A stretch of DNA of 64,000 bases, from contig JBBIGR010000009.1 of assembly GCA_037447435.1 (NCBI GenBank), positions 32,001 through 96,000 on the forward strand. Direction: 5' to 3'. Each line of letters opens with the position of its first letter. Positions within the stretch are counted from its first letter, which is position 1. Under the pieces are notes generated by a model that made no database searches, was not told the origin of the DNA, and saw only the letters and a program-made list of their open reading frames with translations. This DNA is from Fibrobacteria bacterium. Its GTDB lineage: Bacteria > Fibrobacterota > Chitinivibrionia > Chitinivibrionales > FEN-1185. Position numbers and translations under genes: made by a program. Positions 26,518 through 34,717 of the stretch are shown piece after piece.

Positions 26518-28749
26518 TCAGGGGTATTCCAAAACGCTGGACGATGCGACGCCGCCGACACCGTTTATGACATGGGTGATTTCACCGCCGCCAAGTTTCT
26601 GCGTGCACATATGATGCATCTTGGTCCCCGTTGTCGGGACCTCATACGCATTGGTCGAAGTGACATTGAACACCGAATACACGCCCAAGCCCCAGGCCTC
26701 GTGGCTGGTTACGGTATTGGAAACTTTGTAGGATGGAAAACCGAGAATACCGTTTCCTTCGGACCATACGGTATTGTTCGGCGGGTCATAGGGCATTTCC
26801 GACTGGTAAAAGAACAACCTGCCGTTGTTGCCGTTCCACCATGTTTGGAATGCCTGCGTATGTTCTACCTCCATGCCATAACAGGTCACGTTGTTGCCGT
26901 TCACAATCAGACCGTAGAGGTTTTTGTTCGACGTCCAGCCAGCACCCGTGCCATGATCTGCGCGCCACAGCCAGGAACCATCGAAAATCGCATCGTTGCT
27001 GTTGATCTTGACGAATGTTGTGGCCAGCCCGTTGTATTCCCCGCCGACTCTGGTGAAAATATCGGATAGAACAATCGGGTTTTTCGAATGATCTATCGTT
27101 GAACCGGAATCACCGACTTCCAACAAGCAAGGAGAGTTTGTGGTTGTTCCTTCAAAGAGAAAACCGCCGATCCGTACGCCGTCGACATCCGAGACTTTCA
27201 TTGCAATATTGCCCGAGGTTGGCGCAAGTGTGGGGAATCCGATGCCAAGGACAATCGTTCCCGGACGCGTTACATTGATGGATGCTTCCAAGTTATAATG
27301 TCCCGGAGTGAAAAGGATGTTTTTTCCCAGAGTCAACGCGGCATTAATGCTTGCGGCATTGTCGGTCGGCTTTGCAATATAGAACAAATCGATGGGATAT
27401 TGCACGCCGGGAGTTGTGCCGTTTGTCCACGAAACGCCTGCAGTGCTGTCGCGGCGGAGAGTGGGGACAAGGACGGAATAATTGTTGTTTTTGTCAATCA
27501 CGAGAAACGGCTTTTCCGCAATGACCGGTGTTTTCGTCACGACGGTCCTGCTCACCTGCGTTGAGGACGTCGGCCCGCCCACGGTTCCGACGAACGTGTA
27601 GTTCCAGCCGCCGCCGCCCCAGCTGCCGACATTATTGTTCCGCGAAAAATATTGCTGCTGCGATCCGGGGTTCACCGCGCCGTCGACCTTGCAATCGGCA
27701 ACATAGCCGCCGCTGCTCCAGCCGCCGTCCGAAAGAGCCATACCGCCCTTGATATGCATCCGGCGAACCGGCGCTGCTTGCGACGCTTCCCAAATGTCGT
27801 TCCCGCCTGTCGGGGTCACGCAAAAACCTGCCGCGGCTTTCCAGAAGGTGCAGGTGGCATTATGTCCCATCCACGCTGCAGACGATCGTACCGCGCCGGT
27901 TATTTGAACGCTGTCCGGCGAAAGGCCGAGCCCAAGGGCCTCGGTGTAGAATCCGACATCGATGTCCAAAGAATATGAACCCGGTTTAAAAAGCCACGCA
28001 TACCTGTTGTGTCCGAATTGCGCGCCGTCCTGATTTGAAGATATGCCGCTTAAGGTGCTCTGGATCGTGGACATGCTCATAGTCGGGTCGAATACCATGA
28101 CGCTGGAGCCAAAGTCGGGTGCTGCGGCAGCGGCTTGGTTCATTGTTATATTGACGACTCCGGAATAAGAAGCGACTTGTTCCAAATGCGACGTATAGCC
28201 CGATTTTGTCGCCTGCAACCAGTCAAAGGCTGCGGTTTTTCCCAAAAACCGATCCGACGACGATACCGATTTGTAAATTGTCGAAGAACCTTTGCTTTGC
28301 GGTAAGAATTTATAAGCTGCGGAAGCACCGTTGCTGGTGATTTTCATGACATACATTTCCGACGCGTGGTTTTGTAAAGAAAACGCGACATCGGTTTTTC
28401 CCTGGTTGATGCGGCCGTTGAAAATGCGGCCGATCACGGCTCCGCGCATGTCATATAGATTAGCGGTCAAATTTGCCGCAGCCGAGGTGGTAAACGTGAA
28501 AACGTTGTTGGAAAATTCGATCGAATTGACGCCTGCCACAGACGAAACCGGCGTCTTCGTGGAAACGCCGATACCGGTGAGCGTAAATGTTCCGCTCGCC
28601 GTGGTCGTATCCGCGATTTGGGACGCAACGAGACGGACGACAACGCCCTGAAGGGGCTGTCCGCCGCTTGTCACTGTTCCCGTTATATTCACCGATTGAG
28701 CCGAAGCGATACCTGCTACGATTAAAACGAGCAGCATTAATTGTCTCAT
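26518..28749 (-). CDS. Glycoside hydrolase family 55 (bacterial beta-1,3-glucanase) with N-terminal carboxypeptidase-regulatory-like/Ig region
   Basis: PDFG..V.VFDP.M, QFG..RYA.LFKPG.Y, SQAAP.RR, WLWRADHG, VEH and FYQSEMPYD motifs. Confidence 0.85.
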   Translation of the reverse strand: MRQLMLLVLIVAGIASAQSVNITGTVTSGGQPLQGVVVRLVASQIADTTTASGTFTLTGIGVSTKTPVSSVAGVNSIEFSNNVFTFTTSAAANLTANLYDMRGAVIGRIFNGRINQGKTDVAFSLQNHASEMYVMKITSNGASAAYKFLPQSKGSSTIYKSVSSSDRFLGKTAAFDWLQATKSGYTSHLEQVASYSGVVNITMNQAAAAAPDFGSSVMVFDPTMSMSTIQSTLSGISSNQDGAQFGHNRYAWLFKPGSYSLDIDVGFYTEALGLGLSPDSVQITGAVRSSAAWMGHNATCTFWKAAAGFCVTPTGGNDIWEASQAAPVRRMHIKGGMALSDGGWSSGGYVADCKVDGAVNPGSQQQYFSRNNNVGSWGGGGWNYTFVGTVGGPTSSTQVSRTVVTKTPVIAEKPFLVIDKNNNYSVLVPTLRRDSTAGVSWTNGTTPGVQYPIDLFYIAKPTDNAASINAALTLGKNILFTPGHYNLEASINVTRPGTIVLGIGFPTLAPTSGNIAMKVSDVDGVRIGGFLFEGTTTNSPCLLEVGDSGSTIDHSKNPIVLSDIFTRVGGEYNGLATTFVKINSNDAIFDGSWLWRADHGTGAGWTSNKNLYGLIVNGNNVTCYGMEVEHTQAFQTWWNGNNGRLFFYQSEMPYDPPNNTVWSEGNGILGFPSYKVSNTVTSHEAWGLGVYSVFNVTSTNAYEVPTTGTKMHHMCTQKLGGGEITHVINGVGGVASSSVLEYP

Positions 28750-28812
28750 ATTCTCCCCATTTCTATGAGTATAGGAGCCTCTTACTTGTCATAATTGAAC
28801 GAAAGACTAATG

Positions 28813-29862
28813 TCAGTTACGCCTGACGATGATCCGGTCCGAGAACGTGCCGAAATCGCCGCGTACCGAAATAACGTATACGCCCTGCGACAATTTCGAT
28901 GTGGGTATGTCCAGCGACGCGGCATTGCCTGAAACGGACAACAACTTTGTACCCGTCGCGTTTACGATTTCGGCGGAATACGGTTGCTTATACGGTAAGG
29001 CAAGGGTGACAAAGGTCCGGGAATTGGTCAGCGATACATGACTGTTTTTCGCAAGAGAGGCCGGCTGTTGCGCGCCGAGCGTTTGATCCCATTTGTAAAC
29101 ATGCACGTAGTCGACTACAAGGGTTTCGGGATATACCGTGGTGTTGTCGCTGTTGCCGTCGAAATTTCCTCCGACCGCAACATTGAGTATGAAATAAAAC
29201 GTATTTGAGATCGGTATGCCGGGATGAGCCGCTTTGGTCATTGTCTCGAAATTGACATTATCGAGATACCAGCGTATGGAATCGGCGTTCCATTCTACGG
29301 CGTAAATATGAAAGCTGTCGTGAAGGTTTCCCTGCGCAGCGGGAAGGGAATAGCTTGCCGTTTGTACCGGTGTTCCTTGGTCGGAATGGAACGACCCGGA
29401 TGTCCAGTTCGGCATTCGGCCTTTTCCTTCCATAATATCTATTTCACCGCATGAGGGCCAGCCGCCGGTTGTACCGAGCATCCAAAACGCGGGCCAATAC
29501 CCTTTTGTAATCGGTAAACGCATGCGCGCTTCCATACGGCCGTATTGGAATGTTTTTTTATTCTGGCTGTAAATCCGGCCCGACGTTATTTCGCCGGTAG
29601 ATTGGTTTTTCAAAGCGAAAATATTCAAATTGCCGTTTTTTACGGTAATATTGGATGTTGCCTGATCATGCCCTGCGGTATAACGCTGTTGTTCGCTGTT
29701 GACCCAACCCGGATTTGCAGTCTGAATATTCCAGTTTTGTTCGTTTAATGCGGTGGAATCGAAATTATCTGCCCAAAACAATTTCCAACCGCCTGCACAA
29801 AACGCATTGCCATATAAAAGCATTGCAAGCAAAACCGGTACGGCGAAAAATGTTTTAGTCAT
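28813..29862 (-). CDS. Glycoside hydrolase family 16 (laminarinase-like) with C-terminal T9SS-like domain
   Basis: WPAFWMLG, GEIDIME catalytic motif, FHIYAVEW, LNVAVGG; C-terminal IVNATG..LSQGVYVI. Confidence 0.9.
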   Translation of the reverse strand: MTKTFFAVPVLLAMLLYGNAFCAGGWKLFWADNFDSTALNEQNWNIQTANPGWVNSEQQRYTAGHDQATSNITVKNGNLNIFALKNQSTGEITSGRIYSQNKKTFQYGRMEARMRLPITKGYWPAFWMLGTTGGWPSCGEIDIMEGKGRMPNWTSGSFHSDQGTPVQTASYSLPAAQGNLHDSFHIYAVEWNADSIRWYLDNVNFETMTKAAHPGIPISNTFYFILNVAVGGNFDGNSDNTTVYPETLVVDYVHVYKWDQTLGAQQPASLAKNSHVSLTNSRTFVTLALPYKQPYSAEIVNATGTKLLSVSGNAASLDIPTSKLSQGVYVISVRGDFGTFSDRIIVRRN

Positions 29863-30270
29863 AAAAACTCCTTGGGGTGATTATTGCAAAACGGTTGCTT
29901 AATCGTTTAAATTTCTCTTTTGCGTTTCCACCTTTATTGAATATCTAAAAAGTCTCAATTTTCAATTATACACACGGTATTCAAGATTTTAAAGGAAAAA
30001 CTGTAAATCAAAAATCTTGCATACTGGGATTTATTTACTAATGCAAAGGCTTATAAGCAAGGACATTCCTGGAAAATAATATAAATTTTTTTGGAAAAAA
30101 TGACGGGAAAATTTGTTTTCCTTATCATTAAACCTATACACCCAGGATACACAAAACAATGTAATGCTTTGAAAAATAAGATTATAAGGAAGGAATTAAG
30201 TTGGGTATTAATTTTTTGTGGATACGGATGTCGTATGCCGTTATTCGCATCCGTTCTTTAGCGGTCCTTA

Positions 30271-31380
30271 TTATTTGTAGGGGAATCTTTCCCAGGCGGA
30301 ATCGACAAAGGATTTGAATTCACGTTCAAAACGCGAACGTGGAAATTGTTCGGCATTTGCGCGGATTACCTGCGGGTCGAACGAAGCTTCCTTTGCGCAA
30401 AATTCCCTTATCGTGTCGATAATGCATTGAACATCCTGTTTGTAAAAGAACATGCCTGTTTTATCCTTAAGCACCGTTTCCAATGCGCCGCCTTTTCCCA
30501 GCGCAATCACCGGAATGCCGCAGGCCTGCGCTTCGACGTTGACAATGCCGAAATCCTCTTCCGCACAGAACACGAATGCGCGTGCGCATTTGAGATGATC
30601 AGCCAAGGCTTCGGCTTGAAGATGCCCGACGAAGGTTATGTTCTTATTGGCTATTTTTTTAAGCTCTTTTTCCGCCGGGCCCTCTCCGACTATGACAAGA
30701 GGAAGATTCAATTCGTTGAAAGCGCGGATCGTAAGGTCTATTCGTTTATACGGGACGAGCCTCGACACGGTGATGAAGTAGTTTTCCCGTTTGTGGCCAA
30801 CGCTGAATTTGTCGACATCGACCGGAGGGTAAATCACCGTCGCGGGCCGGTTATAGCATTTTTGTATCCGATTCGCGATATAATGCGAATTGGCGATAAA
30901 TTCATTCACGCGAATGGCCGACGAAGCGTCCCAAAGACGAATGTAATGGAAAATGGCGCGAACGATAAAACTTTTCAAACCGCCGGAAAGTCCCGATGCC
31001 TCAAGGTATTGAAAGGTCAAATCCCAAATGTAACGCATGGGCGAATGGCAATAGCAAATGTGAAGCTGATCCGAAGAGGTTAATACGCCCTTGGCAACCG
31101 CGTACGACGAAGAAATGACGAGCTTGTATTCGCGAAGGTCGAATTGCTCGATGGCCATTGGGTATAAGGGTAAAAATGCGCGGTGATGGTTTTTGCCGAA
31201 AGGCAATCTCTGAAGCATCGACATGTATATGGGCGCCTCTGCAAAGGGCGCGCCGACGATGCCGTCTTTATCGTGAAACAGCGTGTAAATAGTCCCTGGG
31301 TACAGTTTGTAAATAGACTGTAACACGCTTTCGGCACCGGCCAACGTCACCAGCCATTCGTGTATTATTGCGGTATTCAT
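30271..31380 (-). CDS. Glycosyltransferase family 4
   Basis: HEWL..GAE, SRLVPYKRID and EEDFGIV.VEAQACG.PV motifs. Confidence 0.9.
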   Translation of the reverse strand: MNTAIIHEWLVTLAGAESVLQSIYKLYPGTIYTLFHDKDGIVGAPFAEAPIYMSMLQRLPFGKNHHRAFLPLYPMAIEQFDLREYKLVISSSYAVAKGVLTSSDQLHICYCHSPMRYIWDLTFQYLEASGLSGGLKSFIVRAIFHYIRLWDASSAIRVNEFIANSHYIANRIQKCYNRPATVIYPPVDVDKFSVGHKRENYFITVSRLVPYKRIDLTIRAFNELNLPLVIVGEGPAEKELKKIANKNITFVGHLQAEALADHLKCARAFVFCAEEDFGIVNVEAQACGIPVIALGKGGALETVLKDKTGMFFYKQDVQCIIDTIREFCAKEASFDPQVIRANAEQFPRSRFEREFKSFVDSAWERFPYK

Positions 31381-31449
31381 GGTATATGAAAGTATACAGT
31401 GGCAAAAATGGGAAAGGTATAAAAATTTTTAGACGATTCGTTGTTTTTA

Positions 31450-32244
31450 TTACGGAGAGACGCGATTAATCGCGTCTCTCCTCTGATGGGTATTATGCCA
31501 GGCAACGACGTCGGCATAGGGTAACGCGCCGCCGAAAATGTCAAGACTGCTTCCCACGGTCGCATCCACCCTGCCTCCTCCGCGGATGTTGACAATGTCA
31601 AGATCGCTCAGGGACCGTACGCCGCCGGCATAGGTGACCGGGATAGGGCTGTATTGCGCGAGCAGGGCGATAAGGTCTTGGTCGACGCCGTTTTTCATTC
31701 CTTCGACATGGGCGGCGTGCACCAGAAATTCGTCGCAATAATCGGCAAGGGTTTCAAGCGTCTCCTTCGAAACAAAGACCCCGGTCAGCTTTTGCCAGCG
31801 GTTTGTTGCGATGTAATACCGGTCATCTTTCTTTTTGCAACTCAAATCGAGGACAAGGCGTTTTTTACCGGTTGCGGCGACGATGTTCTCCAGGTTTTTC
31901 CATACGATTTCGCCGTTGGAAAAAATATACGAGGTTACGATAACATGCGATGCGCCATTATCAATATATAAATTTGCATTGTCCGGGGTAATTCCGCCGC
32001 CGACGTGAAGGCCGTGGGGAAACCCGCGCAAAGCATCTAAAGCGGCACTTTCATTGCCCGGTCCAAGCATAATAATGTGGCCGCCGAACAGGCCGTCGTT
32101 TTTGTACATTTCGGCAAAATATGAAGGCTTCAAATCCGTTTCGAAATTCGTGACAAGCGTTGTATCGTTTTTGTCCGATAATGTGCTGCCGACGATTTGC
32201 TTGACCTTACCGTTGTGTATATCTATGCATGGTCTGAATTTCAT
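31450..32244 (-). CDS. hisA: ProFAR isomerase, eukaryote-like HisA (His6 type)
   Basis: [41 protein letters not shown] and EFLVHA motifs. Confidence 0.9.
   Translation of the reverse strand: MKFRPCIDIHNGKVKQIVGSTLSDKNDTTLVTNFETDLKPSYFAEMYKNDGLFGGHIIMLGPGNESAALDALRGFPHGLHVGGGITPDNANLYIDNGASHVIVTSYIFSNGEIVWKNLENIVAATGKKRLVLDLSCKKKDDRYYIATNRWQKLTGVFVSKETLETLADYCDEFLVHAAHVEGMKNGVDQDLIALLAQYSPIPVTYAGGVRSLSDLDIVNIRGGGRVDATVGSSLDIFGGALPYADVVAWHNTHQRRDAINRVSP
31454..31481. repeat. Perfect 28-bp palindrome, GTAG/GGAG-type REP-like
   Basis: GGAGAGACGCGATT-AATCGCGTCTCTCC. Confidence 0.7.
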
Positions 32245-32400
32245 ATGATATCAAAATACTTTAGGGTGTTTCTTTAATTATATTGTATAATATTTTCAGT
32301 TTTAGCAATCCGCCGGCGACATGCCTTCCGAAGCTTTTTCGAAGGGGATGCGGGCGGGAAAGACATCCAAGTGTGGCCTTCCCATTTTCCAGGAGAGATT

Positions 32401-33147
32401 ATGCGTTTAAAATCAATTATTGCCTTTTGTGTGACCGCAGGATTAATCGGTTGTTCCCAACCAAAGATGCAACAGGAAACCGTTGAAACCTTTCCGGGCG
32501 GCGCAAAGAAAAAAGAAAATTATTATTTCGGCGCCGGCGCGCGAAAAGAGGTTGTAAAAACCGTTATTTATTTTGAGGACGGTTCGATACAATCGGAATC
32601 GAATTTTAAGAAAACAAAACCCGACAGCCTATTATACGGCAATTATAAAAACGGCAAACGCTATATGGAAACGATGTATAAAGACGGAAAGAAAAACGGG
32701 AAAGACATGATGTGGTATGAAAACGGCCAAATCCAAAGCGAGGCGACTTTTTATCAGGATACGCCTACGGGAACAGCCTCAACCTACTTTGAAAACGGAA
32801 AAAAGGCTTCGGAGACGGGTTTTAAACTCGGGAAAAAAGACGGTAACGAAACCGTATGGTATGCCAACGGTAACAAAAAGCGCTTTGTCAATTATGTCGC
32901 GGGAAATAAAAACGGCGTCGAGCAGCAATGGTTTGAAAACGGGAACCTGAAATCGGAACAAACCTTCGCTGGCGACGTGCTCAACGGCCCAGCCTCGACT
33001 TATTATGAATCGGGAAAAAAAGAAAACGATATGAATTACAAAGACGGTGCGCTTGACGGAAAGAAAATCCAATGGGACGAAAAAGGCCGTAAACAGTCCG
33101 AAGGCACCTATCAAAACGGTAATTTCGTGGACGGAAAAGTTTTTTAA
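32401..33147 (+). CDS. MORN-variant repeat (YwqK-like) lipoprotein
   Basis: Lipobox LIGC; repeated W/YYENG....E..Y..G..NG; AGGAG RBS. Confidence 0.85.
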   Translation: MRLKSIIAFCVTAGLIGCSQPKMQQETVETFPGGAKKKENYYFGAGARKEVVKTVIYFEDGSIQSESNFKKTKPDSLLYGNYKNGKRYMETMYKDGKKNGKDMMWYENGQIQSEATFYQDTPTGTASTYFENGKKASETGFKLGKKDGNETVWYANGNKKRFVNYVAGNKNGVEQQWFENGNLKSEQTFAGDVLNGPASTYYESGKKENDMNYKDGALDGKKIQWDEKGRKQSEGTYQNGNFVDGKVF

Positions 33148-33161
33148 AAACGAGGTGTGTC

Positions 33162-33539
33162 GTGGCTGACGACGTCGACGGCTTTGATGTGGGGAATATC
33201 GAAGGAATTACTCCGATCAAAGGCCTTGGCGATGCTTCGCAGCAAAAGAAGAAAAAGCCCGGGAACCGGAATTTCGGCATTGTCAAAGAATCAAAGGATT
33301 ACGTCAAAACAATCATAACGGCGGTCGAAGCGTCTAATAAAAAACTCATTTCTTTACATTTGCCGTTTCGGTTTTATGCATACACGCAAGGCGAAGAAAT
33401 TTTCATCGATGTGCTGGTCTTAGATTTCGACGGCCACATTATTTCCGAAAAGAAACGCAATATCAGTCACCAAGACTTTGAGCGTCTTATCGAAGACGTA
33501 TCGCAAATAGAAGGTCTGTTTGTCGATAAGACCGCCTGA
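33162..33539 (+). CDS. FlaG-like hypothetical protein
   Basis: N..L..L.FRF, strand-D..G..I, helix and terminal GLFVDKTA resemble FlaG; GAGGTG RBS with GTG start. Confidence 0.45.
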   Translation: MADDVDGFDVGNIEGITPIKGLGDASQQKKKKPGNRNFGIVKESKDYVKTIITAVEASNKKLISLHLPFRFYAYTQGEEIFIDVLVLDFDGHIISEKKRNISHQDFERLIEDVSQIEGLFVDKTA

Positions 33540-33573
33540 TCCGTCGACAAGCCGGAATAATGACAGGGGGATG

Positions 33574-33837
33574 TCAAATTTCGGTTCCGCAATAGGGACA
33601 GAATTTAAACCCCGATTTCATTTTAATCGCCTGCTTGCAATTCTTACATTCCAAAAATTTGTCCGGTTCCCTATTTTCATGTGAATGGGCATGGTCGCCA
33701 TGGTCATGCGAATGACCGTGAGAGTGTTCGCTATGATCGTGGGAATGGCCGGAGTCATGGTCATGATCATGCGGATGCCCGTGTTTTCCATGATTTTTTT
33801 TGCCGATTCCTTCGAAAATGTCTCCTAAAAAATCCAT
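33574..33837 (-). CDS. Small His-rich protein with C-terminal zinc ribbon
   Basis: AGGAGG RBS; His-rich tract followed by CKNC...FCPYCG. Confidence 0.75.
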   Translation of the reverse strand: MDFLGDIFEGIGKKNHGKHGHPHDHDHDSGHSHDHSEHSHGHSHDHGDHAHSHENREPDKFLECKNCKQAIKMKSGFKFCPYCGTEI

Positions 33838-34054
33838 GTTAGTCCTCCTTGGAAATCGTCGTTTCTTCCCAGTGCTTTGCTGAGTGATATGTTGCAGCGT
33901 GATTTTATCGACGCCTTTTGTACGGAAAAATTTATATACGGACACAAAAGCCGGTAAGCATAAAATACGTGATGGGTATTAAAATCATTGTTTTACTGGA
34001 ATAGTTTCCGAAAATCGAGTATAATAATAGCTGAATTCTTCCGTATTCCTTAAT

Positions 34055-34495
34055 ATGAAAGGCAGCGGAATAATGGTCTCGTTTCTATTAGTTATTGTTT
34101 CAAGTTTCTTTTTAAATGCTACTCAATCATTTAATAATCAAAATGGCTGGGCGTCATTGTCCGCTGCCTCCAGCCATTGTCCGTGTTGCAAAGGCCCGTG
34201 CCATTGCGGTATGGAAAAAAGCAAAACCGGCGAACTCTCTCATGCAACGAAAAACAATTCTGAAAAAGCTCCTTGCTGCGCGAAAAAAGACCGGCTCCCA
34301 AGTTCTAATACCAATGACCATTCTTTTATTGCCGTAAGTACCAATTTTAAAGAATTGAATAAGGTTTTTTCCGAAGGTGCTTTTGAATATAGTACGGTTT
34401 GCAATGAGAAAATCAGTGGTCACCTCTATATAGTAAGTTCCGCACATTCGCTATCTCCGCCTGCTTCCCAAACAATTTTCCCGCTTCGCGTTTAG
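34055..34495 (+). CDS. Cys-rich exported small protein upstream of the Cus operon (DUF2946/HYC_CC_PP-like)
   Basis: Hydrophobic N-terminus, HCPCC..CHC, CC, and C-terminal SPP....PLRV. Confidence 0.55.
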   Translation: MKGSGIMVSFLLVIVSSFFLNATQSFNNQNGWASLSAASSHCPCCKGPCHCGMEKSKTGELSHATKNNSEKAPCCAKKDRLPSSNTNDHSFIAVSTNFKELNKVFSEGAFEYSTVCNEKISGHLYIVSSAHSLSPPASQTIFPLRV

Positions 34496-34717
34496 ACGCA
34501 TCTTATTTTACCGGATGCCATTTCGGGTTATGCAAATTGGCATGAGTGTTGCATTTTATGAGTATATATGCCCTCTCATGATAATTATGGACAATTCTGG
34601 AATTGGCCGATATGGTAGAAATTTTACTTAATCCCGCGGTCTACGCAGTGCGTAGATATGCCAGAAATAGGTACCTAGGGCTTGCGAAGATACAAACCTT
34701 TTGTTGAGGAAATCGGT

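Noticed and set aside
32401..33147. YwqK antitoxin of a toxin-antitoxin pair
   Set aside because: Generic MORN-variant repeats with a lipobox; no adjacent toxin.
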